32,000 nt of DNA from Pasteurella multocida (GTDB lineage: Bacteria; Pseudomonadota; Gammaproteobacteria; Enterobacterales; Pasteurellaceae). The DNA lies in NCBI RefSeq assembly GCF_900187275.1, contig NZ_LT906458.1, forward strand, positions 450,001 through 482,000, given 5' to 3'. Shown piece after piece: positions 15,316 through 23,987 of the stretch. Every line of letters begins with the position of its first letter. The first letter of the stretch is position 1. The notes beneath the pieces are model-generated. The model was not told the DNA's origin. It did no database searches and saw only the letters and a list, made by a program, of their open reading frames with translations. A program made the translations under genes and the position numbers.

Positions 15316-15547
15316 TCAGGGGCGCCATGCTGTGATTACATGCACGATGACCCATTGAGTGCTGCTAGATTTATTTTAGAATGTCATCAAGCTCAAAGCC
15401 TTTTGTCATCACACTTACACTTGGTGATGCTTCATATTGCCAAAGCATATCTGATGAAGCATTAGACAATTTCACTTCAATACTTTCCCCTTGTTTAAAG
15501 GTTATTCTTTTTAAAGAATGGCTATGATTAATTTTTATATGAAATGT
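15316..15547 (-). pseudogene. Degenerate protein-coding remnant, possibly chagasin/I42 protease-inhibitor-like
   Basis: Reverse strand, 15547 down to 15371, no start codon at the 5' end: TFHIKINHSHSLKRITFKQGESIEVKLSNASSDMLWQYEASPSVSVMTKGFELDDILK*. A second frame, 15369 down to 15316: SSSTQWVIVHVITAWRP*. Together they weakly resemble the I42 layout (G-x-x-L/I-x-V-x-L-x-N-x-x-x-x-x-x-W ... Q-x-W ... RPW). Absent from the ORF track. Confidence 0.35.
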
Positions 15548-15640
15548 TTAATACAATGATAGAACCAGTTTTTTAGCTCAGAATGAGTTTGATGGGATTC
15601 TCTTTCCGATTTATCATGACATAAAAAACATTGAATATTG

Positions 15641-15650
15641 ACCGCACTTT
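15641..15650 (-). repeat. Hin-type uptake signal sequence (USS)
   Basis: ACCGCACTTT, reverse complement of AAAGTGCGGT. Confidence 0.85.
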
Positions 15651-15797
15651 AGGTAGTTAATGCGTTTGTATCTTGAATATTTCCTATCTAAATATTCTCG
15701 TTTGTTTCTTAGATTCTTTTGTTGTCATTAGAGTAAGCATAGTATGTGCTTATATGAAATGAAAAATAATGTGAATACAGCATGGCTACATCCCAAA

Positions 15798-16706
15798 CTA
15801 AAGTGGAAAAGAGGAAAAAAAGACCAATAGAATTGGCGGTAAGATATTTGTTATAAAGCCAAAACTGATCGCCAATGGGACAACTTCAATCCCCCCTGCT
15901 TTTTGGATGATCGGTAATGTACAATCTAAAGCTGTCGCGCCTGAAATGCCGACTGCAGAAGAGCGGTGATTTTGCATTAAAAATGGGATGAGAAATAAGC
16001 TAACGATTTCACGTGAGAGGTCGTTAAAAAAGGCGATACTACCAAACATTGGTCCCCATGCATCGTTAATGAGGACACTGGACAGAGAGTACCAACCAAA
16101 CCCAGACGCAATTGCCAGACCTTGGGTGAGGGGTAATTTTAATAGTATTGCAGCGAGTAGCCCACCCAGTAAGGATGTGATAATGAAAATTACCCCAGTT
16201 ATCAATCCTCGCTTATTGAAAAGTACATCACGTAAAGCAATGCCATTATTCCTTAATTGGATGCCAACGGAAAAAATAAGACAAACTAAGACGTAAGTAC
16301 TGGCGTGTTCAGGTAGACTGAATTTACCTTTTATTACATAACCGATGAAGGCACCAAGAAGTACCATCGCACAAAGTTTTCCTGAATCAAATAAGAGTTT
16401 CCAACGAGAGGGCATCTCACCTGTGACTTTTTTTAATGGTTTAGGGGAAAACCGATCATAAGCGATGAGTCCCACCAAATTGAATGATTGGATCAGAATG
16501 GCAAAAGTAGCGGCGGAAATCGCAATGACAGGTAACTTTTTTGCCAGATCATCTAATTGTCCTAATGAAAATCCCATGATGAATAAAATAATATAAAGTA
16601 GTATCATCAGGATGTGATTAATTGAGGTTAAGAGTATTTTGTTTTGTGTTTTTATGAGATAACCGACAAAAAGTGGACATAAAACAATGAGAAGCCCTTC
16701 GTACAT
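15798..16706 (-). CDS. lysO: Lysine exporter LysO (YbjE family)
   Basis: 302 aa hydrophobic protein; GKLCAMVLLGAFIGY, GIALRDVLFNKRGL, SGFGWYSLSSVLINDAWGPMFGSIAFFNDLSREI, SGATALDCTLPIIQKAGG. Confidence 0.9.
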   Translation of the reverse strand: MYEGLLIVLCPLFVGYLIKTQNKILLTSINHILMILLYIILFIMGFSLGQLDDLAKKLPVIAISAATFAILIQSFNLVGLIAYDRFSPKPLKKVTGEMPSRWKLLFDSGKLCAMVLLGAFIGYVIKGKFSLPEHASTYVLVCLIFSVGIQLRNNGIALRDVLFNKRGLITGVIFIITSLLGGLLAAILLKLPLTQGLAIASGFGWYSLSSVLINDAWGPMFGSIAFFNDLSREIVSLFLIPFLMQNHRSSAVGISGATALDCTLPIIQKAGGIEVVPLAISFGFITNILPPILLVFFSSFPL

Positions 16707-16774
16707 ATAAATTTTCCTTAACTAAAACGCTTTCTCCATTCTAGGTAAGGCAAGGAAAAAAACAAGAGGTGTTT

Positions 16775-18337
16775 ATGCATTTACGGCAATTAGACGTGTT
16801 GGGATTTCGAGGTATTCACCGTTTATCTATCCATTTTAGTGCGGATATGGTGTTAATCGGTGAAAATATGTGGGGAAAATCCAGTTTACTCTCTGCATTA
16901 AGTTTGATTTTTAACCCAGAAAAAGCACTTTATCAATTTACATTGCGTGATTTTCATATTCCAGCTGAACAAACTGAGCCGGTACGCCACCTTATCTTAT
17001 TATTTACTTTTGCGGAAAGTGAAAAAAACGAAGACAGTATGGAGTATCACTTACCTTATTTACAACATCATTTGCTCGTCGACCATCCAGATGGTTATCA
17101 ACGTCTTTATTTACGGGTTGAAGGACAGATCAATGCAAACAATGAAGTGAATACGACTTATGCATTTCTTAATGAAAAGGGCGAGCCAATTGTGGTTGAT
17201 GATATCAATAACTTGGTATTTTCATTAATTGCTCGTCATCCTGTTTATCGTTTCCGTGATGCTCGATTAAATCGCGCACATCATTCCTTCCGATTTATTC
17301 GTACTGAAATCCAAGATGAGACTCAAGATGAAATTCGTGCGGTTTCTGATCTGTTATGCTATTACTTCTTGAATCATAAAAATATGACGGAAATTAAACA
17401 GGATACGACGTTACTCTGGCATAAAGCGAAGTCACTGTGCACTAAATTAAAACAAGATGAAACGCATCGGCTACGCAAGAAGCTGTTTTTTTCGTTAGCC
17501 AGTTTATTTGTTCGCAATCAACGTATTCATTTCGGTCGTTTTACGCGTCCGATTATCCTCTTTGAAGATCCCGATGCGAGATTGCATCCAAGAATGGTAG
17601 CGATTATGTGGGAGCTTGTCAGTTATTTGCCGGTACAGCGGATTACAACCACGAATTCGGTTGAATTACTTTCACAAGTCAATTTAAATGCGATTTGCCG
17701 TTTAGTGCGTACACCAGAAAAAATCAATTGTTTTCAATTACGCCGAAAAGATCTAGGGAAAGAAGATTTTAGACGGTTAACTTTCCATATTCATCATAAT
17801 CGCAGTTTAGCGTTATTTTCACGCATGTGGATTTTAGTTGAAGGAGAAAGTGAGGTTTGGATTTTATCCGAGTTAGCCAAATTATTAGAGATTAATCTTG
17901 AAATGGAGGGCATTCGGATTGTTGAATTTGCCCAAAGTGGTTTAAAACCGTTATTAAAATATGTACAAGCGATGGGCATTCAATGGTATGTGTTAACAGA
18001 CGGTGACGAGGCGGGGAAAAAATACGGTGAAATCGTCGAAGATATGCTTGATGAAGAAATGGTCAGGGCAGATAGAATTACCATTTTACCCAAACGTGAT
18101 ATTGAACACTTTTTTTATGCTAATGGCTTTGCGGATGTCTTCATTCGCCTCGCACAGTGGCAAATTAAATCCCATTCCTATCCTATGAGTAAAATTATTC
18201 AACGCGCGATTCAACGTACCTCAAAGCCCGATCTGGCGATAGCATTATCTAATGAGATAAAAAAGCGTGGCAGTCAAGCTATTCCGTTGTTGTTTAAACG
18301 CTTGTTTTCCAAAGTATTAAGTTTAGCGCGAACGTAG
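16775..18337 (+). CDS. ybjD: YbjD-like OLD-family protein: SMC-type ATPase fused to TOPRIM domain
   Basis: MHLRQLDVLGFRGIHRLSIHFSADMVLIGENMWGKSSLLSALSLIFNPE (Walker A GENMWGKS); EDPDARLHPRMVAIMW; TOPRIM-like VEGESEVWILSELAKLL and LTDGDEAGKKYGEIVED. Divergent from lysO, as in E. coli. Start chosen at ATG 16775 after AAGAGG. Confidence 0.85.
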   Translation: MHLRQLDVLGFRGIHRLSIHFSADMVLIGENMWGKSSLLSALSLIFNPEKALYQFTLRDFHIPAEQTEPVRHLILLFTFAESEKNEDSMEYHLPYLQHHLLVDHPDGYQRLYLRVEGQINANNEVNTTYAFLNEKGEPIVVDDINNLVFSLIARHPVYRFRDARLNRAHHSFRFIRTEIQDETQDEIRAVSDLLCYYFLNHKNMTEIKQDTTLLWHKAKSLCTKLKQDETHRLRKKLFFSLASLFVRNQRIHFGRFTRPIILFEDPDARLHPRMVAIMWELVSYLPVQRITTTNSVELLSQVNLNAICRLVRTPEKINCFQLRRKDLGKEDFRRLTFHIHHNRSLALFSRMWILVEGESEVWILSELAKLLEINLEMEGIRIVEFAQSGLKPLLKYVQAMGIQWYVLTDGDEAGKKYGEIVEDMLDEEMVRADRITILPKRDIEHFFYANGFADVFIRLAQWQIKSHSYPMSKIIQRAIQRTSKPDLAIALSNEIKKRGSQAIPLLFKRLFSKVLSLART

Positions 18338-18364
18338 CTGTTTATTTATACAGTATCTTGTGTT

Positions 18365-18374
18365 AAAGTGCGGT
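18365..18374 (+). repeat. Hin-type uptake signal sequence
   Basis: AAAGTGCGGT between ybjD and dinB. Confidence 0.85.
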
Positions 18375-18415
18375 AAAATTTTAAGAAATTTAGCTGACTT
18401 GTGGATACGTTTGTT

Positions 18416-19492
18416 ATGGCGCCGATTCGAAAGATCATTCATGTGGATATGGATTGTTTCTATGCCGCAATTGAGATGCGAGATAATCCAACTCTGATCG
18501 GAAAACCCATTGCCGTAGGAGGAGAGGCGAAACACCGTGGTGTTCTCGCCACTTGTAATTATGAGGCTCGCAAATTTGGCTTACATAGTGCCATGTCAAC
18601 AGCACAAGCCTTTAAATTATGTCCTAATTTAATCTTATTACCAGTGAATATGCCTTTATATAAACAAGTATCACAGCAGATTCACCAGATTTTTCGACGC
18701 TATACCGATGTGATTGAACCGCTATCTTTAGATGAAGCCTATCTAGATGTGACAGATTCTACAGCCTGTTCAGGCTCAGCAACTTGGATAGCAACAGAAA
18801 TTCGTCAGGCTATTTTTAATGAACTGGGTTTGACTGCATCTGCAGGCATTGCGCCATTAAAATTTTTGGCTAAAATTGCATCGGAACAGAATAAACCGAA
18901 CGGTCAATTTGTGATTAAACCAGAACAAATTGAGCATTTTATTGCCAACTTGCCACTAAAAAAAATTCCCGGAGTGGGTAAAGTGACGGCACAGCGCTTA
19001 ATGGCAATGGGGCTAAATACTTGTGCGGATATTCAGCACATGAATAAAGCGCGATTATTAGAACAATTTGGTAAACTTGGACAGCGGATTTGGGCTTTTA
19101 GTCATGGCGTTGATGAACGCCATGTTGAACCACATCGGATCTTGAAGTCGGTCGGCGTTGAGCGAACATTACAGCACAACATTGATGAATTAGCGCAAGC
19201 TTATGTCATTTTGGCTGAACTTTATGCATTGTTGATTCAGCGTCTTAAAACTCATTGTCCAACATTGTCTTTTTCTATGTTGCATAAAGTTGGTGTGAAA
19301 CTGAAGTTTGCAGATTTTCATGTGACGACCTTAGAAAAACGTGGCATGCTGATTACACTTAACTCGTTTGAATTACTGCTTACACAAATTTGGCAACGTG
19401 CAGCGGGGAGAGAAATCCGTTTAATTGGTTTACATGTGAATTTGCCTGAAACAACGGAGTCTAAGACACAAGTACAGATGAGTTTGTGGTAA
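18416..19492 (+). CDS. dinB: DNA polymerase IV (Y-family)
   Basis: MAPIRKIIHVDMDCFYAAIEMRDNP...IAVGG...GVLATCNYEARKFG...SLDEAYLDVTDS...GIAPLKFLAKIASEQNKPNGQ. Start trimmed to ATG 18416. Confidence 0.96.
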   Translation: MAPIRKIIHVDMDCFYAAIEMRDNPTLIGKPIAVGGEAKHRGVLATCNYEARKFGLHSAMSTAQAFKLCPNLILLPVNMPLYKQVSQQIHQIFRRYTDVIEPLSLDEAYLDVTDSTACSGSATWIATEIRQAIFNELGLTASAGIAPLKFLAKIASEQNKPNGQFVIKPEQIEHFIANLPLKKIPGVGKVTAQRLMAMGLNTCADIQHMNKARLLEQFGKLGQRIWAFSHGVDERHVEPHRILKSVGVERTLQHNIDELAQAYVILAELYALLIQRLKTHCPTLSFSMLHKVGVKLKFADFHVTTLEKRGMLITLNSFELLLTQIWQRAAGREIRLIGLHVNLPETTESKTQVQMSLW

Positions 19493-19578
19493 AATTTCTT
19501 CGGCTTGCTATTGAATTTAACGATTTTGTTACTATATTACAACACTGAATACTTAACCTAACGATAAGGATTTTACTT

Positions 19579-20439
19579 ATGATGCGAATTTTGCTATTTC
19601 TTGCCACGAACATGGCAGTTTTAGTTGTTTTTAACATTATTTTAAGTTTGACGGGGATCCAAGCGCAAGATGCGACAGGGCTATTGCTCATGGCGGCATT
19701 ATTTGGTTTTTCTGGTTCTTTAATTTCTCTGTTTTTATCTAAAACCATGGCTCTACGCGCTGTGGGGGCGGAAGTGATCAAACAGCCACGTAATGACATG
19801 GAACGTTGGTTAGTGAATACAGTTCGTTCGCAAGCTGAACGCGCGAATTTACCGATGCCTGATGTCGCAATTTATCACTCTGAAGATGTGAATGCGTTTG
19901 CGACAGGACCAAGTAAAAATAATTCCTTAGTGGCCGTGAGTACTGGCTTATTACGTGCCATGACACAAGATGAAGCAGAAGCAGTACTTGCGCATGAAGT
20001 GGCACATATTAAAAATGGTGATATGGTGACAATGACCTTATTACAAGGTGTATTGAACACTTTCGTGATTTTTGTGTCACGCATGATCGCGAAAGTCGTG
20101 TCAAGCAATCGAGATGGTGAAAGTAGCACAGGGATTTATTTTCTTGTGTCTATGGTCTTGGAAATCTTATTTGGTTTCTTAGCCAGTATGATCGCCATGT
20201 GGTTCTCTCGCTATCGAGAATTTCGTGCGGATGCAGGGTCTGCAGAGTTAGTCGGTAAACACAAAATGATTGCCGCGTTACAACGTTTGCAACGTTTACA
20301 TGAACCACAAGAGTTAGAAGGGCAGCTTGCCGCTTTTGCGATTAACGGTAAACGTGGTGGTTTAGCCGCTTTATTTATGAGCCATCCGCCATTAGAAAAA
20401 CGTATTGCGGCATTACAACAATTAGATAGTTTTAAATAA
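19579..20439 (+). CDS. htpX: Membrane zinc metalloprotease HtpX
   Basis: 286 aa; N-terminal TM segments, [10 protein letters not shown] zinc motif, [26 protein letters not shown]. Confidence 0.96.
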   Translation: MMRILLFLATNMAVLVVFNIILSLTGIQAQDATGLLLMAALFGFSGSLISLFLSKTMALRAVGAEVIKQPRNDMERWLVNTVRSQAERANLPMPDVAIYHSEDVNAFATGPSKNNSLVAVSTGLLRAMTQDEAEAVLAHEVAHIKNGDMVTMTLLQGVLNTFVIFVSRMIAKVVSSNRDGESSTGIYFLVSMVLEILFGFLASMIAMWFSRYREFRADAGSAELVGKHKMIAALQRLQRLHEPQELEGQLAAFAINGKRGGLAALFMSHPPLEKRIAALQQLDSFK

Positions 20440-20458
20440 CACTGGTAATTTATTGAAG

Positions 20459-20490
20459 AAAGAGGCATGATCTTGCCTCTTTTTCTTTTT
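20459..20490 (+). terminator. Rho-independent terminator after htpX
   Basis: AAAGAGGCA tgatct TGCCTCTTT followed by a T-rich tract. Confidence 0.8.
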
Positions 20491-20491
20491 T

Positions 20492-20501
20492 AAAGTGCGG
20501 T
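20492..20501 (+). repeat. Hin-type uptake signal sequence
   Basis: AAAGTGCGGT immediately after the htpX terminator. Confidence 0.85.
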
Positions 20502-20533
20502 CAATTTTCAGAAACTTTTCAATTAGGGTATCT

Positions 20534-21070
20534 ATGGAACATCAACTTTCCGATTTGATAGCGATTTTTAATCAATGTTTTGAACAAGAATATAATACGA
20601 TTTTAGTTAAAGGTGGTGATGAACCGCTTTATGTCCCCGCAAATGAAAACTGCCCACACCATGTCATTTACTTTGCTCGAGGCTTTTACAGTAGTGGTTT
20701 ACATGAAATTGCTCATTGGTTAGTGGCAGGGAAAGCGCGTCGTCAATTAGAAGATTTTGGTTATTGGTATGAACCAGATGGTAGAAGCACTGCACAACAG
20801 CGTTTATTTGAGCAAGTTGAGGTCAAACCACAAGCAATCGAATGGATTTTGTCCGATGCTGCTGGCTTTCGTTATTTTGCTAGTGTCGATAATTTAAGTG
20901 GTGAGCCTGGTGATACCCAACCGTTTAAACAAGCAGTATATGAGCAAGTCAAATGGTATGTTGAGAAAGGGTTGCCAAAACGAGCAGAAACACTACGTAG
21001 AGCCTTATGTGCATTTTATGGCACACCAGATCAAATTGATTTGGCAAGGTTTGATGTAAGCCGAATTTAG
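20534..21070 (+). CDS. epmC: Elongation factor P hydroxylase (EpmC/YfcM)
   Basis: MEHQLSDLIAIFNQCFEQEYNTILVKGGDEPLYVPANENCPHHVIYFARGFYSSGLHEIAHWLVAGKARRQLEDFGYWYEPDGR; HEIAHW metal-binding motif. Start trimmed to ATG 20534. Confidence 0.88.
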   Translation: MEHQLSDLIAIFNQCFEQEYNTILVKGGDEPLYVPANENCPHHVIYFARGFYSSGLHEIAHWLVAGKARRQLEDFGYWYEPDGRSTAQQRLFEQVEVKPQAIEWILSDAAGFRYFASVDNLSGEPGDTQPFKQAVYEQVKWYVEKGLPKRAETLRRALCAFYGTPDQIDLARFDVSRI

Positions 21071-21083
21071 GACAGAATGAATC

Positions 21084-22022
21084 ATGTTAGCATTAGAGAT
21101 TAAGCAACTCCGTAAAGTATATAAAAATGGTGTAAAAGCATTACATGGCGTTGATCTGAGGGTGCAAGAAGGGGATTTTTATGCGTTGCTTGGTCACAAT
21201 GGTGCAGGCAAATCAACCCTGATTGGCATCATCAGCTCGTTAGTAAATAAAAGCAGTGGTGAAGTCAACGTCTTTGGTTATGACTTAGATCGGGATTTAA
21301 GTGCGTTAAAACAATGTATTGGCTTAGTTCCTCAAGAGTTTAATTTTCATCAATTTGAGCGAGTCATTGATATTTTAGTCAATCAAGCTGGCTATTATGG
21401 TATCCCTCGCCATGAAGCAATAAAACGGGCAGAGATCTGGTTAAAAAAATTAGATTTGTGGGAGAAAAGAACACAGCAAGCCATTCGTTTATCTGGAGGG
21501 ATGAAGCGCCGTTTAATGATTGCTCGCGCGTTAATGCATCGTCCACGGTTATTGATTTTGGATGAGCCAACAGCTGGCGTGGATATTGAATTACGCCGAA
21601 CTATGTGGACGTTTTTACGTGAGCTAAACCAACAAGGTACAACCATTATTCTGACCACCCATTATTTAGAAGAGGCAGAAATGCTCTGTCGTCATATTGG
21701 GATTATTCAACAAGGTAAATTGGTGATTGATATGCCGATGAAAGCCTTGTTAGCGAAGTTAGAAACAGAAACCTTTGTTCTCGATCTGGCACCCAACTGT
21801 CCGCCGCCTCGCATTGAAGGCTATCAGGTGTTGAGCGTGACAGAGAATAGTTTAGAAGTAGAAATTCGACGTGAACAGGGACTAAATTCGCTTTTTGCAC
21901 AATTATCTACACAAGGTATTCAAGTATTAAGTATGCGTAATAAAGCCAATCGTTTAGAAGAGCTTTTTGTATCGATGTCGTTAAATAAAGGAAAACAGTC
22001 TGAACAGGAAGGGGATAAATGA
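21084..22022 (+). CDS. ABC transporter ATP-binding protein (YadG-like)
   Basis: 312 aa; Walker A GHNGAGKST, signature RLSGGMKRRLMIARAL, Walker B LLILDEPTAGVD. Confidence 0.88.
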   Translation: MLALEIKQLRKVYKNGVKALHGVDLRVQEGDFYALLGHNGAGKSTLIGIISSLVNKSSGEVNVFGYDLDRDLSALKQCIGLVPQEFNFHQFERVIDILVNQAGYYGIPRHEAIKRAEIWLKKLDLWEKRTQQAIRLSGGMKRRLMIARALMHRPRLLILDEPTAGVDIELRRTMWTFLRELNQQGTTIILTTHYLEEAEMLCRHIGIIQQGKLVIDMPMKALLAKLETETFVLDLAPNCPPPRIEGYQVLSVTENSLEVEIRREQGLNSLFAQLSTQGIQVLSMRNKANRLEELFVSMSLNKGKQSEQEGDK

Positions 22023-22786
22023 AATTAGCATGGGTTGCATTTCAGACGATTGTGATGAAAGAAATTCGCCGTTTTACGCGGATTTGGGTACAAACTTTGG
22101 TACTACCGGTGATCACTATGACTTTGTATTTTGTGATTTTTGGTCAATTAATCGGCAGTCGTATTGGGGAGATGGGCGGGGTCAGTTATATGCAATTTAT
22201 TGTGCCCGGTTTAATTATGATGTCTTCACTCACCAATGCCTTTGCAAATGTGGCGTCGTCCTTTTATAGCACCAAATTTGCGAAAAATGTTGAAGAATTA
22301 TTAATCTCACCAACTTCACCACATATTATCATTTTAGGTTATGTGACTGGAGGGATGGCTCGGGGCTTATGTGTTGGTATATTAGTCACTATGGTCGCCT
22401 TATCCTTTGTCGCCTTTGAGGTTCATTCTTGGTTTATTATTGTACTCACATTGTGTATGACGACGGCGACATTTGCGTTGGGGGGCTTGATTAATGCCGT
22501 ATTTTCACGCTCTTTTGATGATATCAGTATTATCCCCACGTTTGTCTTAACACCACTGACCTATTTAGGGGGCGTTTTTTATTCGCTGACACTTTTACCG
22601 CCTTTTTGGCAGTGGGTATCAAAATTAAATCCCATTGTGTATATGATTAATGGCTTTCGTTATGGCTTTTTAGGCATCTCAGACGTCACAGTAGGCTATA
22701 CATTTGGTGTGTTAATTGCTTTTATGGTCTGTTTATATACGCTCGCTTATTATTTAATTAGTCGCGGAATTGGCTTAAGAAGTTAA
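22019..22786 (+). CDS. ABC-2 type transporter permease (YadH-like)
   Basis: 255 aa, six predicted TMs; GQLIGSRIGEMGGVSYMQFIVPGLIMMSSLTNAFANVASSFYSTKF and FTPLTYLGGVFYS-type region; 4-nt ATGA overlap with upstream ATPase gene. Confidence 0.88.
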   Translation: MKLAWVAFQTIVMKEIRRFTRIWVQTLVLPVITMTLYFVIFGQLIGSRIGEMGGVSYMQFIVPGLIMMSSLTNAFANVASSFYSTKFAKNVEELLISPTSPHIIILGYVTGGMARGLCVGILVTMVALSFVAFEVHSWFIIVLTLCMTTATFALGGLINAVFSRSFDDISIIPTFVLTPLTYLGGVFYSLTLLPPFWQWVSKLNPIVYMINGFRYGFLGISDVTVGYTFGVLIAFMVCLYTLAYYLISRGIGLRS

Positions 22787-22945
22787 GATTGCTTTTTATA
22801 CCACTTGTAGGATGTGATGTGTCACACAGATTTGACAGGCGGTAAAATAAATTGTTGCAAAAACGTAAAATCTTTGCTATTTGTAAGTCCGCTAACAGAA
22901 GTGAGTTTCTGGCAAACCAACAAAATCAATAAGGAAAATGACGCT

Positions 22946-23905
22946 ATGAAAAAGTCTCTAAAGCTTTCAATCACTGCAGCATTAATGCTTTGCTCAAGCG
23001 CAGTCTTTGCTGCTGATAAAATTGTGACCATTGGTACCGGTGGTCAAACAGGGGTGTACTATGTTGTCGGTCAATCTGTTTGTCAATTAGTCAATCGTGA
23101 TTCCGCGAAAACCGGCGTAAAATGTAATGCGCCATCAACAGGTGGTTCCGTTGCAAACCTTAACTCAATTGCAAGTCATCAGATGGAACTCGGTATTGCG
23201 CAATCAGACTGGCAATATCACGCTTATAATGGTTCAAGCTCGTTTGAAGGCAAAAAAAATGAGAGATTAAGAGCGGTATTTTCTATCCACCCAGAACCAT
23301 TTACCTTAATGGCACGTACAGATGCAAATATTAAAGGATTTGATGATTTAAAAGGTAAACGTGTTAACGTCGGTGATCCAGGTTCTGGTACGCGTGCAAC
23401 CATGAATGTGGTTCTAGGTGCAAAAGGTTGGGATGCCTCCGCTTTTAAAGTGGCGTCAGAATTAAAACCGGCTGAAATGGCGTCTGTTATGTGTGATAAC
23501 AACTTAGATGCGATTACTTATAACGTAGGTCACCCAAATGGTGCATTAAAAGAAGCGGCAGCATCTTGTGATGCACATCTAGTGCCAATTACAGGACCTG
23601 AAATTGATAAATTAGTGGCAGAACACCCATATTATGCGAAAGCAACGATTCCAGGTGGTTTATATAAAGGTAGCGATAACCCAACAGAGACGTTTGGTGT
23701 ATATGCGACTTTAGTAACCTCTTCTGATGTGGATGCTGACAGTGTTTATGCGATTGTGAAAGCAGTTTTCGATAACTTCGATCGTTTTAAACGTTTACAC
23801 CCAGCATTCTCAAACTTAAAAGAAGAAGAAATGATTAAAAACGCACTTTCTGCTCCATTACATGATGGCGCGGTGCGTTACTATAAAGAAAGAGGTTGGT
23901 TGTAA
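22946..23905 (+). CDS. TAXI-family TRAP transporter solute-binding subunit
   Basis: Signal peptide MKKSLKLSITAALMLCSSAVFA, then IGTGGQTGVYYVVGQSVCQLVNR...STGGSVANLNSIASHQMELGIAQSDWQYHAYNG. Start trimmed to ATG 22946. Confidence 0.92.
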   Translation: MKKSLKLSITAALMLCSSAVFAADKIVTIGTGGQTGVYYVVGQSVCQLVNRDSAKTGVKCNAPSTGGSVANLNSIASHQMELGIAQSDWQYHAYNGSSSFEGKKNERLRAVFSIHPEPFTLMARTDANIKGFDDLKGKRVNVGDPGSGTRATMNVVLGAKGWDASAFKVASELKPAEMASVMCDNNLDAITYNVGHPNGALKEAAASCDAHLVPITGPEIDKLVAEHPYYAKATIPGGLYKGSDNPTETFGVYATLVTSSDVDADSVYAIVKAVFDNFDRFKRLHPAFSNLKEEEMIKNALSAPLHDGAVRYYKERGWL

Positions 23906-23926
23906 TCTTTTTACCTCTCCATTTTT

Positions 23927-23953
23927 AAGGCAGGCAAGTTTCCTGCCTTTTTC
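23927..23953 (+). terminator. Intrinsic terminator/attenuator between TAXI subunit and TRAP permease genes
   Basis: AAGGCAGG caagttt CCTGCCTT with TTT extension (T-run 23948-23952); 8-bp GC-rich stem. Confidence 0.7.
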
Positions 23954-23987
23954 CGTTTTTTATTTTTAGATGACGAGGAGTTTTAGC

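Noticed and set aside
15235-15465. 76 aa ORF MRFFLCLERVGIWGECHLHKKHGNEE...
   Set aside because: Starts within the rrn terminator T-run, opposite the degenerate remnant, with no recognisable family or credible ribosome binding site.
15988-16296. 102 aa plus-strand ORF opposite lysO
   Set aside because: Antisense to a confidently identified membrane protein gene.
16775-18337. Considered as the nuclease half of a Gabija-type or other two-gene phage defence system
   Set aside because: No UvrD-like helicase, reverse transcriptase or other defence gene is adjacent; neighbours lysO and dinB are core genes and the lysO-ybjD pair is conserved in E. coli.
16947-20468. Short ORFs overlapping ybjD, dinB and htpX (16947..17150, 17794..17979, 18003..18188, 18323..18535, 19461..19799, 19778..20005, 19875..20129, 20211..20468)
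   Set aside because: All are contained in or antisense to confident genes; amino-acid composition is not protein-like.
21379-23502. Short ORFs 21379..21570, 21395..21658, 21703..21900, 22030..22269, 22822..23031 and 23224..23502
   Set aside because: Shadow ORFs of the ABC transporter and TAXI genes.
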